Numbered from the stretch's first letter, positions 1-14,228 are shown. The stretch: DNA of 64,000 bases from Eledone cirrhosa (GCA_964016885.1 OZ024746.1:89962001-90026000), one strand, 5' to 3'. The notes: generated by a model not told the origin, from the letters alone. A program made the numbers and translations.

Positions 1-420
1 ACCTCTAGATCTATAAAACAAAGTCCAACACATGCGCTCTGGTATCATTGTAAAATCAAACAAGTCCACCCAAAGAATATGGTCTCTAATTGATAGTGTG
101 ACCCCTCATGTCCATAATATGCGTGAAAAGCAAAGGGGAAAAAATCAATATGTATGGGGATTTTGAAAGCGATGCTAGAACTCCGTACCATGTAAGTTAT
201 GTTAGAACTCAGTACCATGTATGGTCAGAAGCAATGCCAATCGTCATTGCATCACTAGGCATGGTCCCAAAACGCCTTACATCTTTCATTAAAAGTGTTC
301 GGATCCTCCACTTCATAGGCAGTGTCCGAATTTCTACCATCACTAGTTCAGCCACTGTTCTGCGTGATATACAGAGCCTCTGAGATCAGGAACTGACCTG
401 AAGCCAATTAATGCTTCTCC
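1..420 (+). mobile_element. 3' end of a decayed non-LTR retrotransposon with restriction-like endonuclease (R4/Dong/NeSL-type)
   Basis: ORF 108-383 contains PIVIASLGMVPKRL...SSATVLRDI, resembling the C-terminal IVIGALG.VPK motif of REL-endonuclease LINEs. Confidence 0.55.
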
Positions 421-839
421 TAGCAACCAACTGTTATGACACCTTACAAAATAATTAAAATAATCATTATTATTATAATTGTGTGCATTGTTAATATCAT
501 CAGTAAATTTCGGTTTAAAAAATTATTCCGATTTAGAAATTTCCTATACATTGTAGCATGAAATTATTCGACTAATAAAAAAAAAACAAAAAGAAATAAG
601 CCTTCTGATTTTTTCATAGCAGGAATTAGTTTCTCCCGCATCACTAAATAACGTAATTAGTTCTGTTTTAATATTTTGAATACAGATTGTTGTAGCTCAA
701 ATGAACATTTTCACGAAATACATTTAGGACTTTCTATTTTTAAAATCAATATTTGATTGTAGGTTTTTCGATATCTTTATATTTGACTCTTCGGATTGAT
801 ATAGTATCTCGAAGAAGAGTGAAAGTATAGATATGCTCT

Positions 840-1365
840 TCCTCTCAACCACAGAGGATGATGTGGTTGAGAAGAAGAGCAAAGCTTGGATGGCGTTCTA
901 CAGTTTGAGATCTGTGTGGAAGTCAGACCATCGTAAAGAACTGATGATCCGTCTCTTCGTTGCTACAGTGTTGGTCTGAGAATTGCAAACTGACCAAGAA
1001 ACCCACTCAGATGGTGGATGAGTGTTACATGAGAATGATGGGTTACATGATGATGCTCTGAACATTAATAAGTATACTCTGAGGATGAAGAACTCAGATA
1101 TGTGCCGGAGCCTCCGAAAGGTCAGCTTGAAAGTGACACAGAGGAGATTGAGGTTAGCTGGACATGTGCACCGACATTCAGAGTTGACACTGCACTCGGT
1201 ACTCATGTGGGAGACCCTAACCGGACACACTAGAAGAGGGAGACCGAGCTTGACATATGTTGATGCCCTATGGAGAGACACATGTCTCTTTGAGACGCAG
1301 GACATGGCAGGGACGATGAAGGTCAAAACAACTGGAAGAACTCGTCCATGGATCTCGGGAATTTT
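840..1365 (+). mobile_element. RTE-clade LINE 3' fragment (degenerate)
   Basis: QRRLRLAGHVHRH...RRGRPSLTYVD, typical RTE C-terminal motifs; frameshifts and stops upstream. Confidence 0.75.
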
Positions 1366-1372
1366 ACTCGTC

Positions 1373-1472
<100 letters not shown>

Positions 1473-1618
1473 ATACTTTGGGAGGGTCATGTTGCCAATA
1501 AGAAACACACGCACCAGTTGCTTTCACTTCAATTTATTATGATAAATTTATAAGTTTAGGAATTTATGAATTTCCGGTTGGTTGGTTGGTTCCACAACCA
1601 GATGGTTGTTTATATATT

Positions 1619-1661
1619 GTCAAAGTTCTTTCGTCACACATTATGTGACCTCTTCAGTGAC
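1619..1661 (-). ncRNA. Minimal type-I hammerhead ribozyme motif in a short (TA)n-flanked repeat (element ~1468-1720; related copies 6780-6990 and 53128-53155)
   Basis: Minus strand GTCA-CTGAAGA-GGTCACATAATGTGTGAC-GAAA-GAACTT-TGAC: stem I GTCA/TGAC, stem II GTCACA/TGTGAC, very short stem III. Confidence 0.7.
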
Positions 1662-1715
1662 TGGGGATTATTTTCTTTGTTTTTGTGCCTCTCATTTGTT
1701 CTGTCCTACGCCATC

Positions 1716-1760
<45 letters not shown>

Positions 1761-2014
1761 TCTTAGGTATGAAACGAAATTGTAGCTGCCATATAGCTCG
1801 AGCTGTTTGCGTCATTCACAAAGCACTAGATAGAGCAGTTATGTTAATATATTACCGGCCAGAGTAAATACAGCAATTAAAAAGTGTGACAGGAAACACA
1901 AAAATAAAAAAAAACACCGAAGGCACTGGCCATACATATATGACACCAAAAAGGTTGAAATCTATATAAACATATATATATACTGTGGTTACCTCCGATT
2001 CAACCCGGAATAAC

Positions 2015-2059
<45 letters not shown>

Positions 2060-2062
<3 letters not shown>

Positions 2063-2423
2063 CTAACAGTTAAACACGTTTCAATGAATACATCAAAGAA
2101 TGAGTTTTACAATGGATTGGAAGCACACAACAGTATATTTTCCAGAGTTATTAATATTAATTCCAAATATTAAGAAAATAGATATTCTTGTGATCAATTA
2201 TATTTTATTATACATATTTCAGAGGTACTGAGTTAAGTTCAACTGTACGTCCTCATCAGATAAAATAAAATGAAACATGACATACCCTGACATGGTAGAT
2301 GGTTAAAGTTTAATCAAGGTAGTCACGAGGACGTACTGTTGAACTTAATTCAGTACCTCTGAAATATGTATAATAAAATATAATTGATCACAAGAATATC
2401 TATTTTGTTAATATTTGGAATTC
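2060..2423 (-). mobile_element. PLE-type pseudo-LTR cassette between (TA)n tracts: inverted arms ~2157-2254 / 2327-2422 plus tail 2060-2156
   Basis: Near-perfect inverted repeat carrying an HHR; same family as 8620-8780. Confidence 0.7.
2203..2266 (-). ncRNA. Minimal hammerhead ribozyme
   Basis: TTTTAT-CTGATGA-GGACGTAC...GTACCTCT-GAAA-TATGTA-TA-ATAAAA; canonical core, stem I TTTTAT/ATAAAA. Confidence 0.85.
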
Positions 2424-2513
<90 letters not shown>

Positions 2514-2719
2514 GTGTGGTGGGTGCATGCATACATACAAGTGTGTTTGTGTGTGTGTAAGTGCGGATGTGACTGTGCCTATGTGCATATGTGTATAATG
2601 TTTGTATTTTATGTACATATATATATATATATATTAATAATATACTATACAACTATATCTTTACATCTAGACATCTATCTACCACTGTTTGCTAAAGTAG
2701 GCACTTAGGAATGACAGTA

Positions 2720-5108
2720 CAGCTGACGTGCTAGCGGCAAGAACGGCACTAGACCAGTTCTTCAACGTGACACACGAAGGTTATATTGTCAGAAGTTGAA
2801 CACGTGCTCTAAGAAAAGAGGGAGCCAAAGCTGTTAGCTGAGCCAGTGTCTCAGAGGCGAAAAGTGGCAATAAATCCACAATTCGCTCTTTGCAAGACAA
2901 AGATGAACGCCTTCTACTGGAATCCAAGCAGATGTGCACGGCCTTCCAGCAGCATGCTGCACAACTGTTCGGGTGCGTCCAGCGAGGTGATGAACTTCAG
3001 TTCCTACCTCGTCAGCGTACCACATCTCTCGAGCACGGATGAAAAGAGCTGCGAAAAGCCGATCACCAGGGGCGAAATAGAAGATGCCCTAGGCCGCTGC
3101 GGGAATCGCAAATCACCCGGATTAGATGGTCTACCCTATGAGTTTTATATAGGCATGCCTGACCCTTTCTTTGGCGACATCGAAGTGGTCTACTGCAACT
3201 GGCATCAGAACGAGAAAGATGAGAACAAGGGAGATGATATAAGGAAAGATGAGATCAAGGAGAATAAGATAAGCAATGTCAGGCCCATCAATACTTGGAG
3301 GCGGTTCTGATGGCGGCCGGCTTCGATCCCGTCTTTAGAGGCTGCATCGTTTCCAGGCACACCAGCATCTGCTCGGCAGTCATGGTGATTGGCTTCCTAT
3401 AGGAGCCATTCCAAATCATGTGTTCCATCCGTCAGGGATGCCATCTTTCCTCCATTCTGTACGTATTGGCTCTCGAGCTGTTACTGCAGAAGTTGGAGCT
3501 GTTGCAGGGGATCGCGATCGAACCAGGACTGCGGAAAGCATCGTCGGCCTATGTCGCCGACATAACCGAAATGGTGTCGAATACCTCGGAAATCGGGGTA
3601 ATCTGAAGTACATGAAGACGAAAACCCATGCCTTCCGACAGTGACGTTGGACGCTGGAGGGAAGGACCGGTGAAATTGCTCGGGGTCTGGTTTGGTACAG
3701 ATGTCCAGGTGGAGAAGAACTGGAACGAGGTCATGCCTAAGGTGAATGCACTCACCCAGAAGTGGGCTGAGTGCAAACTCTCCTTGAAAGGTTGAGCGGA
3801 GGTGGCGAACACTTACATAGCGTCCGTCATCTACTACCGCTTGACAGTCGAGGATAGTCCCCGCGAATCCTCATCAAAATGGAACGCCTACTCTTCAAGT
3901 TCCTCTCGAAGAAAAAATCTCCATTAGTGAGGAGATCCATCTGCTGTCAACACCCTTCTAACGGAGGGCTGGGCATGCCGTGGCTGATGATGCGCAAGCA
4001 CGCGATGAGGCTACGCGATCTCCAGGTATTTCTAACCGAGGAACCTGGGTGGCTGTCGTTTGTGATACTAGCTCTTTCACATCTCGTCTCACTAACAGAG
4101 CCGCCTTCCTAGGTCAACCGAAGACAGAAAATGGGTGCCTGACACCTCCAGTTACGTCAGGCGCTTACAGCCCTCTACCAAGCGGAAACGACAATCAGCG
4201 GAGACTCCACTTCGACATTCTACAGAGGATTAATGGAGGATAAGTGTGACGACGTTCTCGGGGAAACCCTATGCATCGAGGATGATGAACTGACCAGACT
4301 TTTCAGGAGGTCTTCCGTCAAGGGCCTATGGATAACTTCCAGCGACCACTGTCCTGGGAATAATACCGAGGAGCTCTACCAGTTCGAGATACAATCTACA
4401 TGCACGGACGCCCTGGCAGAGATCCTGCCAAAAGGACCTGTTTAAGATGCGAGCAGGACATGGAAACCGTTCTGCACGCAATTGTTCAGTGCCCAGGGGT
4501 GACCCTCCTGTGGAATTATGTCGAACAGCTATTGTCACGTGTGGGGCGCATCCAGATGTCAGCCGAGTCCATCGTGAGGATCAACCCGCCGCCTTCATTT
4601 AAGAATGAAAGAGATGCGGTTTTCCTCTGTCTGGTGGCTTTGGTGAAAGGGGTAATATGATGCACGAGGTTAAAAGTACTGACGGCAAACACCTTTCTCT
4701 CCGGACAACAACTTATCCTCTTCTTTAAGTACCATTTCAGAAAGATGGTGAGGGTGGAGAGAGGGGTGCTACACCCCAGTAAATTCGCTGAAAGGTGGAT
4801 GAATGTGGCGAAAATGGCCCGAGTAAATGGGCCTTCTCTGTATATAAACCTGTAGGTTGAGGAAGATGAACAGAGGGAAGACGGGAACACCTTCAAAACG
4901 TGTTCCTGGTGTTGAGGGTTGTTCTATTCACGGGGTGTAAAACAACCCTGCAGTAATGTTCCCTCATATTTGGGATTTCAATTGTTATTTTATTATATAT
5001 ATTTTATTGTTATTTAATTATGTTAAATTTATATGATTTTTATGTAAATCCCGCGCAGTCGCGTCTTGTAATATCCATTTTTGTACGCCCCTGTGGCAAA
5101 TAAAGAAA
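2720..5108 (+). mobile_element. 5'-truncated, degenerate Tx1/L1-clade LINE (RT and C-terminal CCHC region, 3' UTR ending at (TA)n)
   Basis: KSPGLDGLPYEFY, IRQGCHLS, AYVADIT (YADD), GGLGMP and CLRCEQDMETVLHAIVQC motifs spread across frameshifted ORFs. Confidence 0.9.
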
Positions 5109-5983
5109 TATATATATATATCTCGCTTGCTCTCTCTCTCTATGTATGTATTTATATATATGTATATGACATCGCTAATGCAAACACTCTCGATAAATTG
5201 ATGACATGAATAGCGCGTAATGAAAACGCATCTTCTGAGAAAGACATTTTTTTCTAAAAATCATCATTTTATTTTCATTCATTTTTAAATATAGACTTAA
5301 AAATATTCTATACTGAAAGGTACCTAATGATGTGCCAACCTCTTGAATCATCATATTTGTCAAAATCATCATCAAATCAAAACATTACTCCTTTAATCCG
5401 TACAAATGTAAAATCGAATACGCATACACATTTACAGATACAATTTTACAGAAAAGATCATTTATATAAACAGATACAGAGAGTCATACGACTGGCATAT
5501 ACATAAGATCACACAAGTATTCATTGCTAGAGATTCTACAAAAAACTACAAATGAAAAGATCCATGTATGTATGTCTATCTACATGTTTTTAGGATGTGC
5601 CTAATTGCAAATCAATATAACTTTTAGTATATACACGCAATATATATACATGCGTACGTGAATGTTTGGATTTAATTTCATATTCGAACATAGAAATACA
5701 TCAACACACCAACATGACTGAAACTCAGACACATACATATACAAACACCAACGCACACACACACACACATGTATAAATATGTATCTATCCATATATTTAC
5801 ATATATATATATATATATGTATATATGTATTTATATACATATATATACTTATATATATTTATATATATATATATATATTATAAGTATTGAATTTTCCGTT
5901 GAACATTGAAAAGGTCATAGGAGTGAAGAGTGCTCTATGTAAGTACCAGAGCTAAATTTAATGTATAATAAACAATACAATAT

Positions 5984-6061
5984 AATTACCTGATTACCAG
6001 AGGTTTCCCGAATAAGACGAATACGATAAATGTCCTCATTCTTTCGTCAGACAAGGTAATT
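5984..6061 (-). ncRNA. Hammerhead ribozyme motif, overlapping a perfect 52-bp palindrome (6043-6094)
   Basis: AATTACCTTGT-CTGACGA-...GAATGAGGAC/GTCTTATTC...-GAAA-CCTCTGG-TA-ATCAGGTAATT; base of stem II mismatched. Confidence 0.7.
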
Positions 6062-6317
6062 TAAAACATGTTTTAAATTACCTTGTCTGACGAACTAATA
6101 TAATATATATATGTACATATATATATTAATATATGTATGTATATGTATATATATATATATATATACTTAATTATATATGTATATACATATATACATATGT
6201 CTGTGTGCGTGTATGTGTGTGTGTGTGTGTTTGTGTGTGTGTTTGTGTGTGTATTGCAGTGACAGCTTATTACATCCACAATTTCTTTATCTCCAGCTTT
6301 CGTTATTCGCACACACA

Positions 6318-6358
<41 letters not shown>

Positions 6359-6379
6359 ACATACACACACACACACACA

Positions 6380-6422
<43 letters not shown>

Positions 6423-7084
6423 ACACACTCGCACATAAACACACACATATATATATACATATATTTATTAAAATAACAGATTAAAGTTTAAGCAAAGAAT
6501 CGGTGCTTTGACCCTTAACTGGATTTCTGAAACTAAAATAATCAATCTGTTAACGCAAAGTAAATATTTCGAAAAACGTTGCAACCGGACGAAAACAGGA
6601 AGACGATACTTTAGTTCGTGAAGACGTTCTCTGGCAATGAACGAAAACAAGCCAATATAATACAACAATTATTTAATGACAAGGCAATGATACACAGAGT
6701 CATATAGGGACCGAACTTATCAAACAAACCAGGCACTCACAGATAGAACATTGAACAGTCTACTGATATGAACAACGCATGCACACAGTACAGAGCTCTC
6801 CTAAACAACATTGTGTTGGGCAGAGACACAAAATAAAAAAAATAGTCACTGAGGATGTCACAGAATCTAGGGGAGAAAGCACTTTGGAAATAAATAAAAA
6901 CAAAACAACTGGAATATTATGATAAATTGCCTCAAGGACCAAAGGTGCGTGTAATTTTATTGGCAGCATGACGCTCCCGAAATAAAACAATATTTACGTA
7001 TGTATATATATGTGTGTGTGCATGTGCGTGTATATGCGTGTGTGTGGGTATGTGTGGGTATGTATGTGCATGCGCATGTGTGCG

Positions 7085-7126
<42 letters not shown>

Positions 7127-8238
7127 GTAAGTATATAAATATGTCTGCGCTCACTTGGTAGGAGAAGTATATGCGAGTGTTTAGATTTATTTGACAGAAA
7201 TTAAATGAGAGACAGATTGAGGTAGAACATTTTTGTCTGCAAACATTTTCAGATTATAGATTTGAGAATTCTTTTTTAGGCAGTGTATTTCGATAACTGG
7301 AAACTAAATTCTTTTATATTTTCTTCATATCACAACATAATTTTTGAAATATCAAATATATATAACTATACACCAACGTTATTGATGGGTCCATTCTAAA
7401 TGTATATACAAGTCATGGCATATATATCAATGATTTATGATGTAATTCTTTTCTCCTATATTAAAATATATTATATGTATTCTTAGTAAAGTTAAACATA
7501 GCATCGCTGAATTTGAATGTTTTAGCCTCATTCTTTACAATATTGGGTATTTATATTTGATTTAAATCACGTGATGCAGCTTAACTCTTCCACATTTGTT
7601 TCATGTTCTTTTAAAATCATATTGTATCTGACGGTGATATATTTTTAACTTTGACATAAATTATAAGAAGCAAGCATATACAATTGTAGTTAATCAAGTC
7701 ATTTTTGTTTGTATGTGATTTATTAGTCTTTCTTCAGAGGGTATTTAAAATTGCCAACGAAACAGACTAATTCTATGTAGTCAAATACGACATAGGCACA
7801 TGTTAATATGTAATTTTCAAATTCGCTAGCCGTTTGCAAGCAAACATATGTACCTGTTGACGAAATGGCAGCCTTGTTCGATCGTTATACCAAAAGCTTA
7901 CAACGTAAGCAGACAGTATAATTGATTAAGGTGTCACAGAAACATCCTACTGGATTATAAAATCAACTTCCAGGAGGTCGAGGTAAATTCTTTTGTTATC
8001 TTGTTTAGCTTGTTTCGTTTTTTTTGGGCTGAGGTGGCTGATAGCTAACGTCCACCGTTTCCATTTTGTCCTGGCCACTGTATCGTATGTTGATTGCTCT
8101 GGTCTACTTTTAGTCATTTGAGTGGTTGCCGCATATCTCGAAATTTGCGTTCAGCTTGGTTTTGGCCACCGCCGAAATACGATCTCGTTCAAATTATATT
8201 TGTATACACACACGCACACACACACATACATATATATA

Positions 8239-8510
<272 letters not shown>

Positions 8511-8516
8511 TATATG

Positions 8517-8597
<81 letters not shown>

Positions 8598-8671
8598 TCA
8601 CACATATATATATGTGTATATATTCCAGTATTGAACCATCAACACAGTTGGGGTATGTCAGACATCAATTT

Positions 8672-8735
8672 ATTTTATCTGATGAGGACGTACTGATGAA
8701 ATAGCTCAGTACCTCTGAAATATGTATAATAACAT
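8672..8735 (+). ncRNA. Minimal hammerhead ribozyme (family of 2203-2266)
   Basis: TTTTAT-CTGATGA-GGACGTACTGA...TCAGTACCTCT-GAAA-TATGTA-TA-ATAAC. Confidence 0.85.
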
Positions 8736-8819
8736 ATATATGATCACATGAATGTCTATATTTATTAATATTTTGAAGTAATATATATGTATATATATAT
8801 ATATAGATTTAAATTTACA

Positions 8820-9068
8820 ATTAAAAATTGTTTTTAAATGATCTTCCTCCTTAATTTTTTTAATATTGTCACTATTTCTTTTATATTTTTACTACTTTTA
8901 CAATTTGACATTATTATCAATATATATCTAAAAAATCATATTTAGAAAATAATATCAAATTAAGAAAATAATATCAAATTGTAAAAATAGTAAACATATT
9001 TTAAAAATAGCAACAATATTAAACAATTAAGAAGGAAGATCATTTAAAAAAAAAAATTAATTAAATTT
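8820..9068. repeat. Old AT-rich imperfect inverted repeat (arms ~8820-8915 / 8968-9068)
   Basis: tttttaaatgatcttcctcctta pairs with taagaaggaagatcatttaaaaa and flanks. Confidence 0.7.
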
Positions 9069-9499
9069 TTTAAAGAAAATACTAAGTAAATAATTGTAAT
9101 TAATAAAGTAATTATACCAAATCTACTTACAACCATAATTCTTCATATAATCTAATTGATTATATATACAATATTATAACTCATCATATAGCTAAATAAA
9201 TTTAAATTCTGGAATCATATTCCACCATTCCCGCAAATTGTTAATTCCTTTTAAATTAACGTAAATACAGTCTCTTCTTTCTGTTTTTCTTCTTCCTACT
9301 TATACATACATATATCCTAATTATTTAAATTCTGCATAGCGTCTAAAATTAACGCTGTTTCAGCCCTATACCTCAACCTCATTTGCATACTCATCTTAAT
9401 AATTTGAAATATCTGACTTTTCTTCTCTATCCAAGAACAACTTGAACCGTTAAGGTATCTTTTCTTGGTTTTGTAAAAATTTATAAAGCGAACTTTGTA

Positions 9500-9556
9500 T
9501 TTTATCTGATGAGAGCGTACCAAAGTGTTGGTACCCTTGAAATATATATAATAGAA
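9500..9556 (+). ncRNA. Minimal hammerhead ribozyme (family also at 32974, 48497, 48690, 55115)
   Basis: TTTTAT-CTGATGA-GAGCGTACCAA..TTGGTACCCTT-GAAA-TATATA-TA-ATAGAA, followed by the shared ggttttataaatatagtttccattt. Confidence 0.8.
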
Positions 9557-9602
9557 AGAATATGGTTTTATAAATATAGTTTCCATTTATTTAATATCAT
9601 TG

Positions 9603-9688
<86 letters not shown>

Positions 9689-9743
9689 CATGCAAAATAA
9701 AGTTAAATAAAAGTCAAATGATTAAAATTTAGCTTCGTTTATT

Positions 9744-9798
9744 ACTGCTATATATATTTCAGTGACAGCCATCTTTGGCTGTGACCTCTTCAGGCAGT
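9744..9798 (-). ncRNA. Minimal hammerhead ribozyme (inverted copy)
   Basis: Reverse complement of 9972-10026. Confidence 0.88.
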
Positions 9799-9971
9799 TT
9801 GAATTAGTATGGTATAGACAAGTACATATGTTATTTAGGTGTATGATATTGTCAATACTCTGATATGCCCAGTTCCTTGTTGGGTTGTTAATTCACTGGG
9901 GAACTGGAGTCATATGACTCCAGTTCCCCACCTAAATAACATATGTACTTGTCTATACCATACTAATTCAA

Positions 9972-10026
9972 ACTGCCTGAAGAGGTCACAGCCAAAGATG
10001 GCTGTCACTGAAATATATATAGCAGT
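9972..10026 (+). ncRNA. Minimal hammerhead ribozyme
   Basis: ACTGC-CTGAAGA-GGTCACAGCCA-AAGA-TGGCTGTCACT-GAAA-TATATA-TA-GCAGT; stem I ACTGC/GCAGT, palindromic stem III. Confidence 0.9.
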
Positions 10027-11295
10027 AATAAACGAAGATAAATTTTAATCATTTGACTTTTATTTAACTTTATTTTACACTACTCCGGAGTAACCAAACC
10101 AACCTGCGCACTTCGTCGAGTGCTCCAGCCTGCATACTGAGGTGTTGGTATACAACCAACATAAACTCAAAATCTATATATACATGCATATATATGTATT
10201 TTACTTGATTAGCACGCCAATAAATACGATAATACTAAGGAAAAGATAAAAGGCCATCATGTATACATAGAAGCTAATCAGTGTGCTCAAATAATTTACT
10301 TATAGTCAATTGCTGAAAACAGAGATGAGAGGCATTTTTTTCCAGTTATTGTTTCATAAGTCTTATTCGCCATGCCTATAAAGTTAATCTAGTTTGTTCG
10401 TGTTCTCGAATCTTAGGCAAAGTCGATAGATATTATTCCGTTGTTTTTTTATCAAAATCCATCCACCTTGCTATATATGTGTTATCAATAGCCAGTTTGT
10501 ATTCCGGAATGTGAAGTATTCAGACAGTACAGGCAGATCAACTACCTCAATAAATGTTTAAATGTCATACATTTCATGAAACAATAAAACGTATCTTTAT
10601 GGACTTATTTGATTTCCACTCACGTTTAGATTCAGTGAAACAGAGTTTTTCCGTTCTTCCAGATGACGTAAACTACCCCCTCTCCGTTTTTGAAAACGAA
10701 TCGGTCATAATCTTAGATGAGTCTTTTTAACGGTTCTCCTATTCATCGTATGCTTGACCATATATAATTATCGATAGTCGCGAGGGGCTGTTCTCTGGGA
10801 ACATATCATTTTGATTCAGTCTCTGTTGTTGCAAACATTTATGCTATTAGCATTTAATTTTCCTGCAGCCCACAGGCTACTATCCGGTGAGGGCTCCCAA
10901 GTCGAAAAGTATTTACCGCCAAACGAGCATACAATTAGGTATTTTTATAATATTAAATTATTTTAAGCCTGTCTTCAAAAATGATCACAGATGAATACAT
11001 ATGCTTTACATCCATTGCAGTCTTATATATTCTAATTATATTAGTAATAGCTTACACACAAATTGAAAGATTAAGATTGCATTATTAGCATATTTAAAAG
11101 TAAGATCACAAATAAAGCAGCCGAAATTGGGTTCCTACGAAGTAATTTTAGAATAAATTTAATATGTCTGTAAAAAAGAGCAAACAATTCCGATAATACA
11201 GGTGTTTGATTAACATATCTAAGGGTAGAACCTGTTGATAAATTTCATGTGCATGGCCAACCGGCAGGTGATGAGAGGTAAACCACAAATATAAT

Positions 11296-11481
11296 TGTTT
11301 CAACTTTTGGCACAAGGCCAGCAATTATCCCAGGCATTACTGGTACTTTACTTTATCGACCTCGAAATGATGAAAGCAAAGTTGATCTCGGTGGGATTAG
11401 GACTTTGAAACCAGAGAGCAGGAACGAATACCGTAAATAATTTTATCCGACGTTTATACGATCCTGCCAATTCGTCGCCTT
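11296..11481 (-). mobile_element. Octopus-type tRNA-derived SINE with ~17-bp target-site duplication TAAACCACAAATATAAT
   Basis: Matches the window consensus (...gaggtcaactttgcctttcatcc..ggggtcgataaaataaagtaccagt...gctggccttgtgcc...gaaacaattat); TSD at 11279 and 11481. Confidence 0.85.
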
Positions 11482-12379
11482 AAACCACAAATATAATGTT
11501 TGGATGGCACCCATAAGGATGACAGGTCCCGCTTAGTGTTACATCGAAATCATTTGGAGATAGTTGCATCTGAGAGAACCCTCAGGAACGCATGTCATAT
11601 AACTTAGGCCTAAATACGTTCACAGGAATAAGTTTGCGAGAAGTATATAAAGAAAAAGAAGAAAGAAGTAATGACAAAATAATCCCGCATAATTATTATA
11701 TTATAGATTCAAATATTTACGTATGTAATATATTTCCTATTTTACATTAAAGAAATATGCTTACTCATTATTTGATACGATTTATATACTTTACGATTGT
11801 CGGAAAAATACACTCGATGTTATATTTATGTTATGGAATATTGATGAAAACTATATTCGTCTGAACTCGTCCCTTATCACATCCATCCATTCTTACAGTA
11901 TTTGCTTATATTTGTAAAGTTTTAATGGAACGTTCTAAATCAAAACATAAAAAATATATACAAATAGAAAGAAATGAAATCAAGAATAAAATGTAAATAT
12001 TGTCATAAAATAAGAGAATATAAATATTTACATAAATATTTGAATCATTGATATAAGAAAGAAAACTTTCGTTGAAAATTTTTTAATGAACGGGAAATAA
12101 ATCTTCATAAATTTAGCTTGAAATTCGGATAAAGCTGAAGACGATAAAGTGGTATAATTTATATTACAGGCGTATGAAATATATATATTTATATACTTAT
12201 TGCTAGAAATTTCCTTTTCAAGAATGGAAATATTTAAATTGAATACTATTTTGATTGCGTTAGGATCAATCGCAAACAATGTAAACTACACACACACTCT
12301 CATACACACACACACAGACCCAGCCATATGTACACACACATACATATATGTATATATAAACATTAACACACGTATATAA

Positions 12380-12461
<82 letters not shown>

Positions 12462-12530
12462 TATGAAGAGAGAAGAAACATTTAGATATAATTAGTAATA
12501 AAATGTATCATACCTAAACTGTTCCTAAAT

Positions 12531-12618
12531 TCCTCGACTACGTAGTTTCGTGGCATAAACAAAAACAATATATCAAAGATATAGAGTCCCTGCGAGGTCT
12601 GCCGACTTATCAAGAGGA
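12531..12618 (-). ncRNA. Hammerhead ribozyme with U3-A8 core variant and extended stem II
   Basis: TCCTC-TTGATAA-GTCGGCA...TGCCAC-GAAA-CTACGTAG-TC-GAGGA; GUC cleavage triplet, palindromic stem III ACTACGTAGT. Confidence 0.8.
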
Positions 12619-13121
12619 TACCTCATTTTACTAGTCTCAAGAACGCGTCTACACGACGTGAGAAAGAATCCCAAAAGGCGGAGGCGGAGACAGTCACGCG
12701 ATATAACGGTCGAGAAACAGAGCTAAGCCTCTTATAACCACGAAGAAAATACCACGGAGGCGGAGGGGGTATTCATATCGAGGCCGTAGAAGAGGTAGTG
12801 AAGAAGGCGAGAAGTATCAGTAATGGAAGCTTTCCAGTTGTCCCCACACTTCAAAGATTGCTCGACCAGAGGGAGTTATTAATATATTTAGAAACACACA
12901 GATACATGCGGACACACACATATATACATGAATGCATCCGCACCCAACTGTGAGTTAAGGGTGCCAACTTCACCGATGTTGCTCAATGAATGACTGGGAC
13001 AGACCAATTCAGTTTGAACCAGACTGAACCAGTATCAGAGTTAAAAATACATTATGAAGAGAGAAGAAACATTTAGATATAATTAGTAATAAAATGTATC
13101 ATACCTAAACTGTTCCTAAAT

Positions 13122-13209
13122 TCCTCGACTACGTAGTTTCGTGGCATAAACAAAAACAATATATCAAAGATATAGAGTCCTTGCGAGGTCTGCCGACTTA
13201 TCAAGAGGA
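13122..13209 (-). ncRNA. Second copy of the U3-A8 hammerhead ribozyme
   Basis: Same core and stems as 12531-12618. Confidence 0.8.
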
Positions 13210-13457
13210 TACCTCATTTTACTAGTCTCAAGAACGCGTCTACACGACGTGAGAAAGAATCCCAAAAGGCGGAGGGGGAGACAGTCACGCGATATAACGG
13301 TCGAGAAACAGAGCTAAGCCTCTTATAACCACGAAGAAAATACCACGGAGGCGATATATATATACATATATATGCGTGTTGCCTGTGTATGTAAACATCC
13401 ACATTATTAAACATTTACATATATAGATAGATAAATAGATATGTGTATGTATAAATA

Positions 13458-13583
<126 letters not shown>

Positions 13584-13634
13584 TATATACATATATACAT
13601 ATATATATATACATATATACATAAATATGCATAC

Positions 13635-13674
<40 letters not shown>

Positions 13675-14145
13675 GTATTGAAAGTTTTAATAGGTATCTT
13701 ATAGAAAATATATATATATATATTAAAATGATTTGCAAAGTCTGTTTCATAAATGTTCTTTGTCCGTGCTAATATTTCTCTCTCTCGTTCTCTCTCTTCA
13801 CCCCCCCCCCCCCCCCCCCACCCCCTACCCCGACCCTCCTTTCGCTCGCTCTGTTTCCTCCATCTCTGTTGCGGATAGTATCATTGCCGCACCTTTCGGA
13901 GACATTTTATGGAAAATATATGCTTCAGCTATTTTGTAATTTTTTGCATAGAAGCCAAGATATTTCTAGCTATTTTAGTTAATTTTCCAAAAGATCCTTA
14001 GCATATATTTAATATCTCGAAATTATCTTATGGCTTCTAAGAATATATATCGACAAGTAACACCTTGTTTTCTTGGAGTTACCTGAACTATTAAGTTTTG
14101 AATTCGAAAGAAGTGTAGATGTGAATAATGTAAAAATGGTCAGTG

Positions 14146-14192
14146 AAATATTGTGTGATGTGGCCTAATGCAATTTAGAATTATATATACAT

Positions 14193-14228
<36 letters not shown>

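Larger units (their letters stand above)
9694..10174 (+). mobile_element. PLE-type foldback cassette: inverted arms 9694-9841 / 9929-10076 plus ~95-bp tail ending at (TA)n
   Basis: ~148-bp near-perfect inverted repeat with an HHR in each arm. Confidence 0.8.
12457..13353 (-). mobile_element. Direct-repeat PLE-type cassette: two ~306-bp repeats (12457-12762, 13048-13353; period 591) flanked by (TA)n
   Basis: Near-identical direct repeats, each containing an HHR. Confidence 0.8.

Noticed and set aside
755-800. CCGAAGAG...GAAA on the minus strand
   Set aside because: Stems I-III not convincingly formed
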